Positions 52,695 to 64,000 of a stretch of DNA of 64,000 bases are shown here, one piece after another. Origin of the DNA: Azolla caroliniana (lineage: Eukaryota > Plantae > Polypodiophyta); contig JBHGNT010000011.1 of assembly GCA_043228905.1 (NCBI GenBank), forward strand, positions 19,220,001 through 19,284,000, written 5' to 3'. The notes under the pieces were generated by a model that ran no database searches, had not been told where the DNA came from, and worked only from the letters and a program-made list of their open reading frames with translations. The first letter of the stretch is position 1. The number at the start of each line of letters is the position of its first letter. Position numbers and translations under genes: made by a program.

Positions 52695-54340
52695 TCACTC
52701 TTGTAGTCGTTCAAGTACCTCTACAATAGTACCCATTGATGGTCTCAATTTTGGATCTGGATTCAAGCATCGGAATGCAAGTTGCCCTATTCTTCGAACC
52801 CCTATAGTGGAATATTGTCCATCCAAATGAGAATCAACAATTTCTAAAAGCTTCCGTTTATTTTGCAAATATGGACGAGCCCAATGCACAAGCTTTCGCT
52901 CTCCATTTGGTCGGTTATCATCAATGCTACGTTTTCCCGTCAATACTTCGAGCAATACCACTCCATAGCTATAAACATCACTCTTCAAGCTCAAATGTCC
53001 TTATAATATGAGAGCGCACGAAACCAGCCGGATGCACGTTATTAGTATATAAATGTCAACATCAAAGCTCTAATGGCATCATTTTGATTAAGTTTTTTAT
53101 AATATAGTATTACCAGTCAAAATATATTCAGGCGCTGCATAACCATGCGTTCCCATAACTCGCGTTGATACATGACTTTTATTTCCTTGAGGACCATCCT
53201 TGGCAAGACCAAAATCCGAAAGCTTTGCTTCAAACTCCTAAAATATGCCATCACTTCTCAGGTTAGAAATGATAAGAAACAAGAAGGCTAATATGATAAA
53301 ATGTATGCAAAAAAAGTCGCATGCAATAGAACTATATAAAAAGTTTAGTATTTTAACCATATTTAAGAAGTTGAATGTTTCTAGTTTAGGGTTTGAAAAC
53401 CATGTTTAATAAGACAAAATGTTTAAAGTTGCGTAAGAAAACATGTTTAAAAAGTGAAAATGTTTAGGGTTGGCGTTTGAAACCATGTTTAGAAAGTCAA
53501 AATATTTAGGGTTTAGGGTCTGAAACCATGTCTGAGATGTGTTTAAAGTTTGAAACATATTTGATGGACTGAAAACATTTTAAACTCTATTAGCACATAC
53601 ATAATCCAGAAGGATGTTTGACGTCTTGAAATCTCGATAAATGACCGGATTCTTTCGGTTATGAAGAAACTCCACACCTCTCGCAGCGCCAAGCATGATC
53701 TTTATCCTCGTTTGCCAGGAGAGAGGAGAAGCCCTTCCTGCTGGAGAGAAAACAAAAACTTAAAGCTACATCACACATGCCATGCTATAGGGGAGATATC
53801 ATTCACTTTACAGTATCTTCTTTTTATTAAGAAGTTTTTCTAATAAAATTTATTTACGTTATGTTTTGTTTATATATGCTTCTCTTTATATTTAGAACAA
53901 AATCATTGGTGAGGTAGAAAAGGGCTCTACGTCGGAAAAGATGGTTATCGAGACTGCCCCGTTGCATGAATTCATAGACAAGAAGCCTGTAATCATCTTC
54001 AATACAAAATCCAATTAGTTTCACAAGGTTTGGATGAAGGAGGTGCCCAAGAAATACGATCTCTGTCTGTTCAAGTGGACATAAACACAAAATCAGTCTT
54101 CCAGGGTTATATCTCAATCGAAATGACTACAATAGCTTTTCATGAATTGAATGACGTCCAAGAAAATAGATATACGTATATACTACATATGTATATATGT
54201 AGGTTTCTATGTTTGTGTAGGTGTGTGCTGCTTGTCCGCATGTTGCATGACTAAGCATGAGCATGTCGGCATGTGTATGTATCTATATATACATATCCAA
54301 ACATATATACAATGTGTGTATATATATGTATGTATGTATG

Positions 54341-54371
<31 letters not shown>

Positions 54372-55539
54372 GCACACATACATCCATATATACATATCAG
54401 AAACAGAAAAATATTGACCATGCATTCTTTATGGCCTTGCAAGCCACTCTGGCTGAGAATTTTGACTGCTACAGTGAGCCCTGTGTTGGGCTTAGCTGGG
54501 GCAGTGGTATGCTCATTTATCCAACCCTTGAATACACTACCAAATCCACCCTCACCCAAAATGCTATCAGGTCGAAAGTTCCTGGTGGCAGTTTTGAGAT
54601 CAACAAAGGAAAACCTTCTTAATTGCGGGGGTAACTCAAGTTCCCGAGAGGAATTCCACTCTGGAGTCCCATGTGATAAAAACGAGATATCTGATGATAA
54701 TGAAGATTTTCTGGTGTGGTCCGACTGAAGTGTCGTTGAGCTGCTTCCTGCTTCCAAATGAACCAAAAAGAACCCTCATGTTGGGGCATCACAAGAGCAG
54801 AAGCCATTCATGTGATCACAACCAATTATGGATAGAAATCAAGGTGACATGCTAAACACTCATTGTAAATTCAAATTGCAATTATTTGTTTATCTTTGGG
54901 ATTGGACTTATCAGAAACATGAAAAATCACTGATGTGGTCACAATAAATCTACTTTGAAAGTGTTAATAGAAATTAAGGTTGATGCGTTGGGTAATTGGT
55001 TGGAATTTCATCATGATGGGGGAAATGTTTTGCTGTGATTAATTATCTATATTTGGAGTTTGGCTCATCAGAAATATGAAAAGTATTGATGCAATCACAA
55101 GATAAATACCACAAAGGTCACAATTTGCATAAACATTTTGAAATTCAAAGATTATGAGGATAATCTCTTCGATATGTATAGAAGACCCTATCTCCCCCTA
55201 CTCTTTCCAAAAATTTGTGACCATGAATTCATGCAATCAGATACAAATGTTAGGGTTTTCACAAGATCTCAAAGAGAACAAAAGGATAAAAGTACACAAA
55301 AGAAACTGCAAATGAATTATTATGAGCTCTGTTTTCATATTACCGGTGGTAGAGGAACCAAAGGTAGCTGAAGGATTCTTATTCTCTGTTTCGGATCGAT
55401 GGACTTTGATGCAAGCAATACAAGGAGAGAAGAGGCAACCACCCAATTCTGCAACTACTGCTTCTCTTCCTCCTCCTCCTCCTTCGTTATCTTTGGAACA
55501 ATAATTCTGAGCATGGTCACAACTGAAGAATAAACCCAT
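52695..55539 (-). CDS. Receptor-like cytoplasmic kinase, RLCK-VII/PBL family; exons 55539-55344, 54747-54419, 54066-53931, 53737-53601, 53237-53114, 52999-52695 (about 408 aa)
   Basis: MGLFFSC N-terminus; [97 protein letters not shown] introns keep frame. Confidence 0.93.
53375..53585. repeat. Degenerate intronic minisatellite containing TTTAGGG motifs
   Basis: Repeated TTTAGGGTT(T/G)..GAAACCATGTTTA..AAG.CAAAATGTTTA units in RLCK intron 4. Confidence 0.6.
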
Positions 55540-55748
55540 ACCAAAACAGAAGAAAGATTCGAGCTCGAGCCCTTCATGAAACCATGTGCGCCTCAATAAT
55601 AGAAGAAGAAGAAGAAGAAGAAAAAAAAAAAAAAAAGCAAAGAGACGGCTTGACTCGGCCTAGTGTGTTTGGGATCTGTTTTTGCTTGCTTATAGTTATA
55701 ACTTATAACTTTTTGCTCATATTATTGCTTACTTCCACTTCTGTTTTG

Positions 55749-55750
<2 letters not shown>

Positions 55751-55838
<88 letters not shown>
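55751..55838. repeat. (GT)n(GA)n compound microsatellite upstream of the RLCK
   Basis: Seen directly in the sequence. Confidence 0.97.
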
Positions 55839-55842
<4 letters not shown>

Positions 55843-56047
55843 TCAACCAGGAAGAGAGAGAACTCTCCAAGGTCACATATCATCATATTCGCCATTTGAA
55901 TTGGTGTGTAGGGTGGCATTGAGTTTGATGTCGTAGTTTTCTTTAGATCCCTAGATAGAAGGGGTTCTATAGTTTGTTGTAAGTTAGTCATGGTGGTGTT
56001 TTTTTCTTTCGTAATGAAAGCCATTATTTACGAAAAAGAGAGAGATT

Positions 56048-56195
56048 TTGGTCCCAAACCTAGACCCGAACCCGGTCCAAGTCTGGTATCAATCAGGAGG
56101 CAACAGTGGCACTTGTGTGTTTGATTTTGGTCCTAGACCTAGACCTGAACCTAGCCCTAGTCTGGTATCAGTCGGGAGGCAACCGTGGGACTTGA
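56048..56195. repeat. Degenerate tandem duplication (about 79-bp spacing)
   Basis: CCTAGACC.GAACC.....AGTCTGGTATCA.TC.GGAGGCAAC.GTGG.ACTTG occurs twice. Confidence 0.8.
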
Positions 56196-58156
56196 CCTTG
56201 GTCTCAGTCTCAGTCTCTAGTGAGGGGGCTACATTTACTACCATCCCCCCTTTTTGAACCTCCCCTCTCTAGATATATCCTATCTCGCTTTAGTAGAAGC
56301 ACGAACAACTGCTCGACGATCCCTGAGGACAGAACACTATGGTGGACGTCGTGGAAAAACGGATCGATCTTGTGATTCAGCTTCAATAGACAAATTCACA
56401 AACCCGTCGACCATGGCCATGGCTAAACTGACCACTTCGCCCTTCGGCATTGGCAAATGTTATATACGATTTGCCCAAAACATGCATGCTCATTGTGCGG
56501 TTTTCTACAGAACTCGATGAAATTGAGGAGATAAAACTCGACGATGGAACTTGTTGAGTGGTAACGGCTCTCGAGTGAAGCTTATGATTACCCAAACCCC
56601 CCATGAAAGTTCATACAAGGGATTTTATTAGATGCCAGTGAAATTGCAAAACAATAGTTACTAACCGATATTCGGAAGGTCACAAGGATCGTGGAAACCA
56701 TTGGCATAATTTACAATTTACTAGAAAAAAGAAGAAGCGGACAATCCACAATCTAAAAGCTTTGCCTTTTAAGTTGGTAAAATATATAGTAAGTTCCCTG
56801 CAAAGATCTCAATTTGCAAGGTTTGAATAACCCTTTTACAAATACAATAGGATATGGTTGAATGGACAACCTTCATCACCAGATAGTTAGGGAGACCTCC
56901 AATTGACAACCATTATCATACACTTTGTCTTATCCGTGTGCAATGTTGGTGACCCCCATGACTTTCTAAACCCTATACGTAGACGATAAATCTCATTGTT
57001 GGCATGCCATTGCTACTTTTACAAATCCCACATGACTTGACCTAATGCCACTTGCATGCTCTTTCTGATGTCACTCGATCTCATTTGTCATAGTTAGATT
57101 CGCATTAGATCCATTACATTATTCAATCTTATATCATATAAAGACCTCACTATCATGGAATCATTGCATCTACATTTTCTATGTTATAACTTATAAGGTG
57201 TTGTTTGTGTCACATTATAGAAAATTGTTGATATTATCTTAAAGTATTATCTTAGAACATGAATTTAACAATGCGAACTTCCTCTCGCTCTTCTTTCAAT
57301 ATGGTCTCTGTTTAAAGCCGAGAAGTGTGTTTGTATGCAATAAATGGAAAAAATTAGAAGTTTGCGATCGACTGATTTATATATGCCCTTTGTTGCACAT
57401 GTAAACCCACTTTATTATGTAATGACCATTTAAGGTACTAATGTATCGAAATCTAAGCGGGTTAATGACATTTATAGTTTAAAATGAGTATCACATTGAA
57501 CAACTTTATTAGGCGAGTAATTAAAAAATCCAATACACCAATTGTATCATTCCACATGGGTTTGTGATCAATGTGAATTTGTCCATGAACATTTGTTATA
57601 GTTGTTGGTTATATTGCAATGCTCTAAGGGTTTGAGCCTTGTGGGTTCATACAAGGATTATGTGGATGCCATTTAATGGTGTGCATTCATTGCGGAAAAA
57701 AACTCATTCACATGTCAATTCTGGATTTATATCCCATATATGTGTATTGTATTTTAACCTCAATGTGTGAAAGGTAATGATGAGTCTTGTTACTAGCTCA
57801 TTTATGGATGTATGAATAAGACAAAAAAAAGTACACGTCTATTTAGGGGTGAGTTTATCTTGCGGCATGTCTTTCATCTTACTTGCCCCATGGGCCACAA
57901 GTTACAACCATTCATTCATTAATTACATACCAAGTTTGGCTAGTCTTGATTGTCCTTAACTTACCCACAATTAATCATTCATTACATATAAGGTTTAGCT
58001 TGTCTCAACTACCCCACGATCATCCATCCATCTAAGCTTCTTTGCTTGGCCCTAACTTACTATGAATTCATGGACCTATCTACCTTGGAAGTCCAAATTT
58101 CCAATCATGGAAAGGCGTTAGCCATTTGATAGAAGGGGTAATATGAATAATAAAAA

Positions 58157-58469
58157 GGGAAAAGTACCAGGATACCCCTGGAAGTTCGTCTATTTACTAG
58201 AATGCCCATGGAAGTTCCAAATTTACCAAACTACCCCTATGTCCAAAAAATTACACTTTATAAAGTAATTATACACTCAAATCTACAAGCCCTATTTACG
58301 AAAGATGGAAGAAATGGACCCGAACTAGCCCTATTTACCAAAGTTTTGAGTGTATAATTACTTTATAAAGTGTAATTTTTTGGACATAGGGGTAGTTTGG
58401 TAAATTTGGAACTTCCATGGGCATTCTGGTAAATAGACGAACTTCCAGGGGTATCCTGGTACTTTTCCC
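58157..58469. mobile_element. Mutator-like (MULE) MITE, 313 bp
   Basis: TIRs of about 124 bp starting GGGAAAAGTACCAGG and ending CCTGGTACTTTTCCC, with one visible mismatch. Perfect 9-bp TSD TAATAAAAA at 58148-58156 and 58470-58478. Confidence 0.93.
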
Positions 58470-61400
58470 TAATAAAAATACCCTTCGTCCTAGATGGAAT
58501 AATATCATTTATACCCCCAACAACCTTTCAATATTACTCTTGCTAATGATGAAAACTAAACAAGACCTAAAACTACAAATGACTTGATTAGTTTATCTAG
58601 CTCAATCAAATAGTATAACCTGGTCATTTCATGGAGTTTTTTAGAGAGAGAGAGAGAGAGAGAGTTTGGGTCCAACATCTTTTTAGAATATGTTTTACAT
58701 ATTTGTAAAGGTGTGCGTGTTTTACATGTTAATTTTGTTACTGGGTGAAAGTTGAAACATTCGGCATTTATGGATAACAATAATGCTTATAGACCCAACT
58801 CATCATCCATACTATTTCGTTGAATAAATAACTTATAGAACTTTAATTCTCATGGACATGTATATGCAATACCAACACAACTCACCGACCATGAAAAGTA
58901 ATAAAGCAAAACGTCACGTCACATTAAAGCAATGTGTGCGAGAATTTGATTTTATACTATGTATAATATAGGACTTTCAAAGACATCCGGACCAATTCAA
59001 ACGGAGCAAATTATTGCCCTTAGAATCGCAACCTTAAACTATTAAGATTGTCAAATTAAAAAACATTTGTGACGGTAAGATGATGGCAATGGGCTAATGT
59101 TAAATTCATACTGAAAAGTTTTCCCATTTGATCAAGATCATGCACACAAACAAATTGGTCTCAAAGTTTTGGATTTAAGTAGTTGTGCTTTATTAAATAC
59201 AATGTTGGTGTATATATCCACAATTACTAACATACACATATACCCATATATACTATATTGCTTTTGTGGTTTGTGATAAGGCAAAAAAAGATGGATATGA
59301 ATGAATACCTTTAGGCTTTCATGGTCACACCACAATTTATTTTTAAGAATTTGCGTTTTATATATTGTTACAAGGATGCTCGAATCAAGAGGATATGGTC
59401 TATAATTGTTTTGCATGTGCCAACAATTCATCTTAGCATTCGTTTTCCCTTATGTGACATGTCAATGCAAGTCGTTATCCAAGAGGAATAGGAAAGACAT
59501 CACAATTATACTTTGGGGTCAGGGTTCGGGCCCTTATCTACGTGAATATTTTATTATTATTATTGATATTATTCTACAACATGAAAAAATGGGAGATCTT
59601 GGATTTCAAGATACATGAACGGGCTATGTGAACTCTCTCATTCTCCCTAATATAAGATTGGGACCTAACTTAATCCCTACCTATTGTTGTTGAAGAGGGG
59701 AAACATAAGTATTCATATTCCTTCCTATATTTTTAAATAATAGATATTTTGGATGTAGCTAAACTAAACTGTTGCAAATAATGCTAGAGTATCAACCATG
59801 ATTAAGTAATATTTGAAGTTTACCATGAGTAATAAAATTAATTCCAATTATTAGTAATATATGCACACATAAGTGAAACAACATGGTTTCCATTGTCCAA
59901 TGATTGGAACCCCACAACTAAAATGTTTGTGAAAATGGCTCACAAAGTTCACATAAACAAGGTGTAGAAGTTGAGTCTTAAGTATAGTCATTTTGCAACG
60001 AAATATCGTGCCATTTAGAGATAGACGTAATATTAAGATGAGTAAAATAGGATAAAAAACGCGGATGAATAGTGTCCTATTTCATCACGATGGGAATAAT
60101 TTAATTTGAACATAAGTAAAAGGGAAATCATACACTTGGAGCACATCAACATTGGTTGTGTGAAGACAATGTGCTTGATATTGACTCAAATAATTGGAGA
60201 TGTTTATCTAGCAATAAGAAGTGCGCACTCTCTAAATGGTGGACCATGTAGGGTGGGTTGGGTTCACATGCACATCATCCCCATGTCCAAAAACTTAAAT
60301 GTGAATTTTTAGTCAAATATGTAACATGTCATCATAGCTTCCAATAAATGTTATCGACTATAGTCTATAACCAATCAAACATAACGAGTTTTAACACATG
60401 TAATCATATTACATTGAGTCCATTTCCCAAATTGATTAGGTTTAAATTTACCATCTAATAAATTAGTCAAGAAAGTATTTTAGTCGCTTATAATAAACTA
60501 TATATGATTATTTACAACTAGAGATCGAAAGAATAGGTTATTAAATATTTTGTTCATATGATTTCATAAGATATGTACTTACACCGGAACTTCTATCGAT
60601 ATAATTTGTACGTAAGAGAACATTAAGCATAGAGCACAATGTGATAATGACACTTGTGATGTGTACTTGTAGCTTATTGACAATGGTAGGAGATGGTGTT
60701 GCTCTGTTGATCAATTTCAAAGACGCGAATATAAGCACACGAATTAGTAAAATATTTCTAGCAACGGAGCACTATGATCCATCCACCAATGCATTGTCAA
60801 CATTGACGAGGCATCCATTGTCCTAATACGAAGGTTACAAAATATGATGAACATTGGTGGGGCATTGTTTCGTTGTATCGATGAAATATACCTAGTTGTA
60901 TAAAAAACAACCTAAAAAAAGGGGGATGGGACATTGTTTTATGTTGATGTAACCAAGGAGACTTATTTCTTAGAAGGGGAAATATATATATATCATTGTT
61001 CTTATTTTTACTTATTTAGATGATTTGAAAAAAATGATGTAGGCGTTATAATTATGCAGCCTTCCTAATAACATACAATACTACATTCAAACATGAATGA
61101 ACCCATAAATAGTGAGGCATTGGGTTGTGAATCATGATCCAATCTGATCCATGCCAATTATAAGATATTATGAGGAAAAATATTGCGTGCTTCGACATTG
61201 GGTTGGATTAATCGAGGGAATATCGAGTCAAATACAATGACCATTTACCTAGTAAACTAGATAATATGTACAAGTACAAATTAGAAAAAGGATTTTGATG
61301 ATCATGCAATCAAGGGGTCCATTTCAATATTTAAAACAATCAAGCAAGGGAGCGAGCGAGCGAGAGTTATTTGCAGCCATCGAAGCATGCATCCATCCAA

Positions 61401-61723
61401 TAACAATATTCCAATCGGAGTGATATTCATGGATGGAATGGGTAGATTGTGATAAGTAATTCTGTCCGAGCGAGTGGGCGAGCCACACATAATTTGACAA
61501 TCCCATCCAACGTTTCGTTTCGTAATTGGAACACAAATTCATGGGTGGGGATGATGGAAATCATCATCATCATCATCACCATCACCATAGTAGTTGTAAC
61601 TTGTAGTAGTGTAGAACTTGAAGAAGGAAAATTGATTGGTGGAATAGTCATGATTTGGAAGACAATAAGTAGTAGTGGGTATAATATCATGTGTTGGAGG
61701 ATTGGATTGGTTTAGGTATATTA

Positions 61724-61981
61724 TCATGGGTGGGGATGGAAATCAATGTCTAGTAATTTGGGTGGTGTTGTTGGGTGGGCCGTTGGACCACAAGACATTT
61801 GGAGTTTGTCGAAAGTGGCGCGGGAGCGCCCAAAGGAGAGGAAGAAGGAGAGGATGGAGAAGAAGAGGAGGGTGGGGAGGTGGGTGGTCACGAGGGTAGG
61901 GGTGTGGCACAAGCTTAGCACAAACCCAATCATCACCATACTCCTCAACCACCTGCAACCTCCATCTCCCCCTTCCACCAT
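61724..61981 (-). CDS. Possible small hydrophobic/membrane protein (85 aa)
   Basis: ATG ORF in a GC-richer island with two hydrophobic stretches, a (GAA)n leader-like upstream tract and simple-repeat UTR-like flanks; no recognised domain. Confidence 0.3.
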   Translation of the reverse strand: MVEGGDGGCRWLRSMVMIGFVLSLCHTPTLVTTHLPTLLFFSILSFFLSFGRSRATFDKLQMSCGPTAHPTTPPKLLDIDFHPHP

Positions 61982-62467
61982 GCTTAAAACTTCCTTCTTA
62001 TTCTTCTTCTTCTATGGTTTAATGCATGATTCAATGTTACTATACTATACCACCACCATGAGATTGTTCATGATACAAGATTGTTGTTGTTGTGATATGC
62101 AAGACATGGAGGTTGGGCATCATAGACGTTGTTGTCCCAACCGTCATGACCATTTCTATATAATTTATGTATATATATACATACGCACACACACATTATA
62201 TACATATATTATTATATATATATACAAGAGAATGTATCTTGCCAACACCTCTCCACTCATTGCCTATCTAATATTATCTGTCTTATCTATCTAAACTTAT
62301 CTATATAATACTAATATCTATATATATCTATGTACACACACCTCTTACTTACTTCACAAGGTTTTCCTCTTCTCACATCACACTTTACTACTACTATTAC
62401 ACTAACACGTCTTATGCCTCTTTGCTTGTGTTAATATCCGCATGTCCCCATTGTATTGTCTCTATAC

Positions 62468-62501
<34 letters not shown>

Positions 62502-62574
62502 GCATGCGTATGTGCATGTATATTATATTGTAGGATTATATCTAGATCATAAATATATGTAGACTATATTGCTC

Positions 62575-62726
62575 AACAAACACATGTATCTTAAGCTTCA
62601 TTGACATCTTGATCATGTAACTACATGTTCAATGGCAAAGAAATTGGTCATATTCCACTTAACAAACACGTGTATCTTAACCTTCATTGACACCTTAATC
62701 ATGTAACGACATGTTCAATGGCAAAG
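62575..62726. repeat. Direct duplication of about 65 bp
   Basis: AACAAACAC.TGTATCTTAA.CTTCATTGACA.CTT.ATCATGTAAC.ACATGTTCAATGGCAAAG at 62575 and 62661. Confidence 0.85.
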
Positions 62727-63794
62727 TTCTAGGTGGTCGTAAATCTAAATACTCGTAGTTATTGAACACTCATTTTACCAAGCCATCATATGTGGTTGTA
62801 TCCTATTGAGTCGAATGTTTGAGATGATGACCTTGCCATGGCACACACGGAGTGGGAAGAGAATGATGAGAGTTTCGAAAGATGACAAGAATTTTATCGT
62901 GACATTAGCGCTATTTTTCCCATGTAAAATATATTAAGGGACAAATTTGACATGTTTTTTATCCCTTGGGTTGAAGGGTAATGTTGGCTGTACCCTTTGT
63001 ATTTCTAGAAATATCACCATGTACACTCGATCAACTTAGCATGAATGTGCTTGAAAATCACGTTTTTACAATATCATTCATTAGAAGGGGATGCACGAAT
63101 CACTATCTCTAGCATTATATTGTGATTGATGCAAAGTAAAGTAATTATAGTGATGGCTACGGTTAGTTCTAACAAAATAATATCATAATTAGTACTAATG
63201 ATAGTAAATTCATGCAAATTACAATGATTAAGCGTGCGTGTGGTAGTTGGGTGATTAGGTTTATTATTAGAGTTGCCAGTACTACACTAGCATATTGCCA
63301 ATTATCAAAATTGATGGCCTCACTAATTATGACTAGAATTAGTATCAAGTACAATACCAATGACCTAGCTAACTAGAACACTAAATGTCATAGTAATCAC
63401 GAATCACAATGTTATTATTGAGAAATATATTATTCTTTTGTACGTGGGGGGCTATATGTACCTACCTTTTTATAGGGCCTGAGGCTTCCAGAAGTTGATA
63501 TTAAATAAAAAAAGGATATGGCTAAGCCGTGGGATATGAGAGTGCCTGTACAAAATTGCTCGGGATGTGAGATCTGTATGCACACGTAGACTCAAAGGTG
63601 AGACACGTAACACAGAGACGTGCAAACCTAGTTTTGTCCCTTGAAAGTCATGTACTTAGTTATTTGAATACCCATGCTTGCCCCCCACCCAATTGCCTTT
63701 CATTCATTAGCTGACATTGTGTGTCTCGAGCAAATGATACGTTGCCCATTATAGCTCAAAAAAACGTGGATGGAGGTGCTCTCTCTCTCTCTCA

Positions 63795-64000
63795 CACACA
63801 CATACACACACATATTTAGGTGCTCAGAAAGACAGATGACAAAGGGCATCTACGGGAAATTAAGTAAAACATAGGGGTTACATATGTATTATACGTATAT
63901 ATGTATGTGTATATTTCCGAAATACCCCTATGTTTTACACATACACACACATATTTAGGTGCTCAAAAAGAGAGATGCAGGAAATTAAGTAAAACATAGG
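63795..64000. repeat. Tandem repeat with an embedded short inverted repeat; runs off the window end
   Basis: ACACATACACACACATATTTAGGTGCTCA.AAAGA.AGATG..GGAAATTAAGTAAAACATAGG occurs twice. GTAAAACATAGGGGT (63864) is inverted to ACCCCTATGTTTTAC (63923). Confidence 0.75.

Noticed and set aside
54151-54425. YIYI/MYVC-rich ORFs
   Set aside because: TA-rich microsatellite inside RLCK intron 2.
59000-60850. Decayed MULE transposase (DGNN- and CTC-like bits)
   Set aside because: Motifs are too short and out of frame to support a call.
61340-62150. Conserved plant miRNA precursor
   Set aside because: No match to the conserved mature miRNAs I recall (miR156/166/171/319/390/408/529/535), and the hairpin stem is too short.

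Overview
Plant nuclear DNA, most likely a fern (inferred from the style of the PLS-PPR repeats and the WW-type DYW region). Six apparently intact genes: an intronless mRNA cap guanine-N7 methyltransferase, a P-class PPR (At4g14190-like), a convergent pair of PLS-class RNA-editing PPRs (one with an atypical DYW domain, one that has lost its DYW and left a fossil behind), a 7-exon group I CDPK and a 6-exon RLCK-VII/PBL kinase. There are also two PPR pseudogenes. Intergenic space is dominated by transposons: a near full-length LINE split by a very young but RT-deleted Copia element, a second truncated LINE copy, several tiny non-LTR insertions sharing a 3' motif, a miniature tRNA-Ala-primed Gypsy derivative with a related solo LTR, another solo LTR and a Mutator-like MITE. 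I found no clearly new biological system. The best leads are the PPR/DYW pair, the RT-less young Copia, the 3' motif shared across non-LTR families and the probable cap-methyltransferase retrogene. All calls were made by eye, without database searches.
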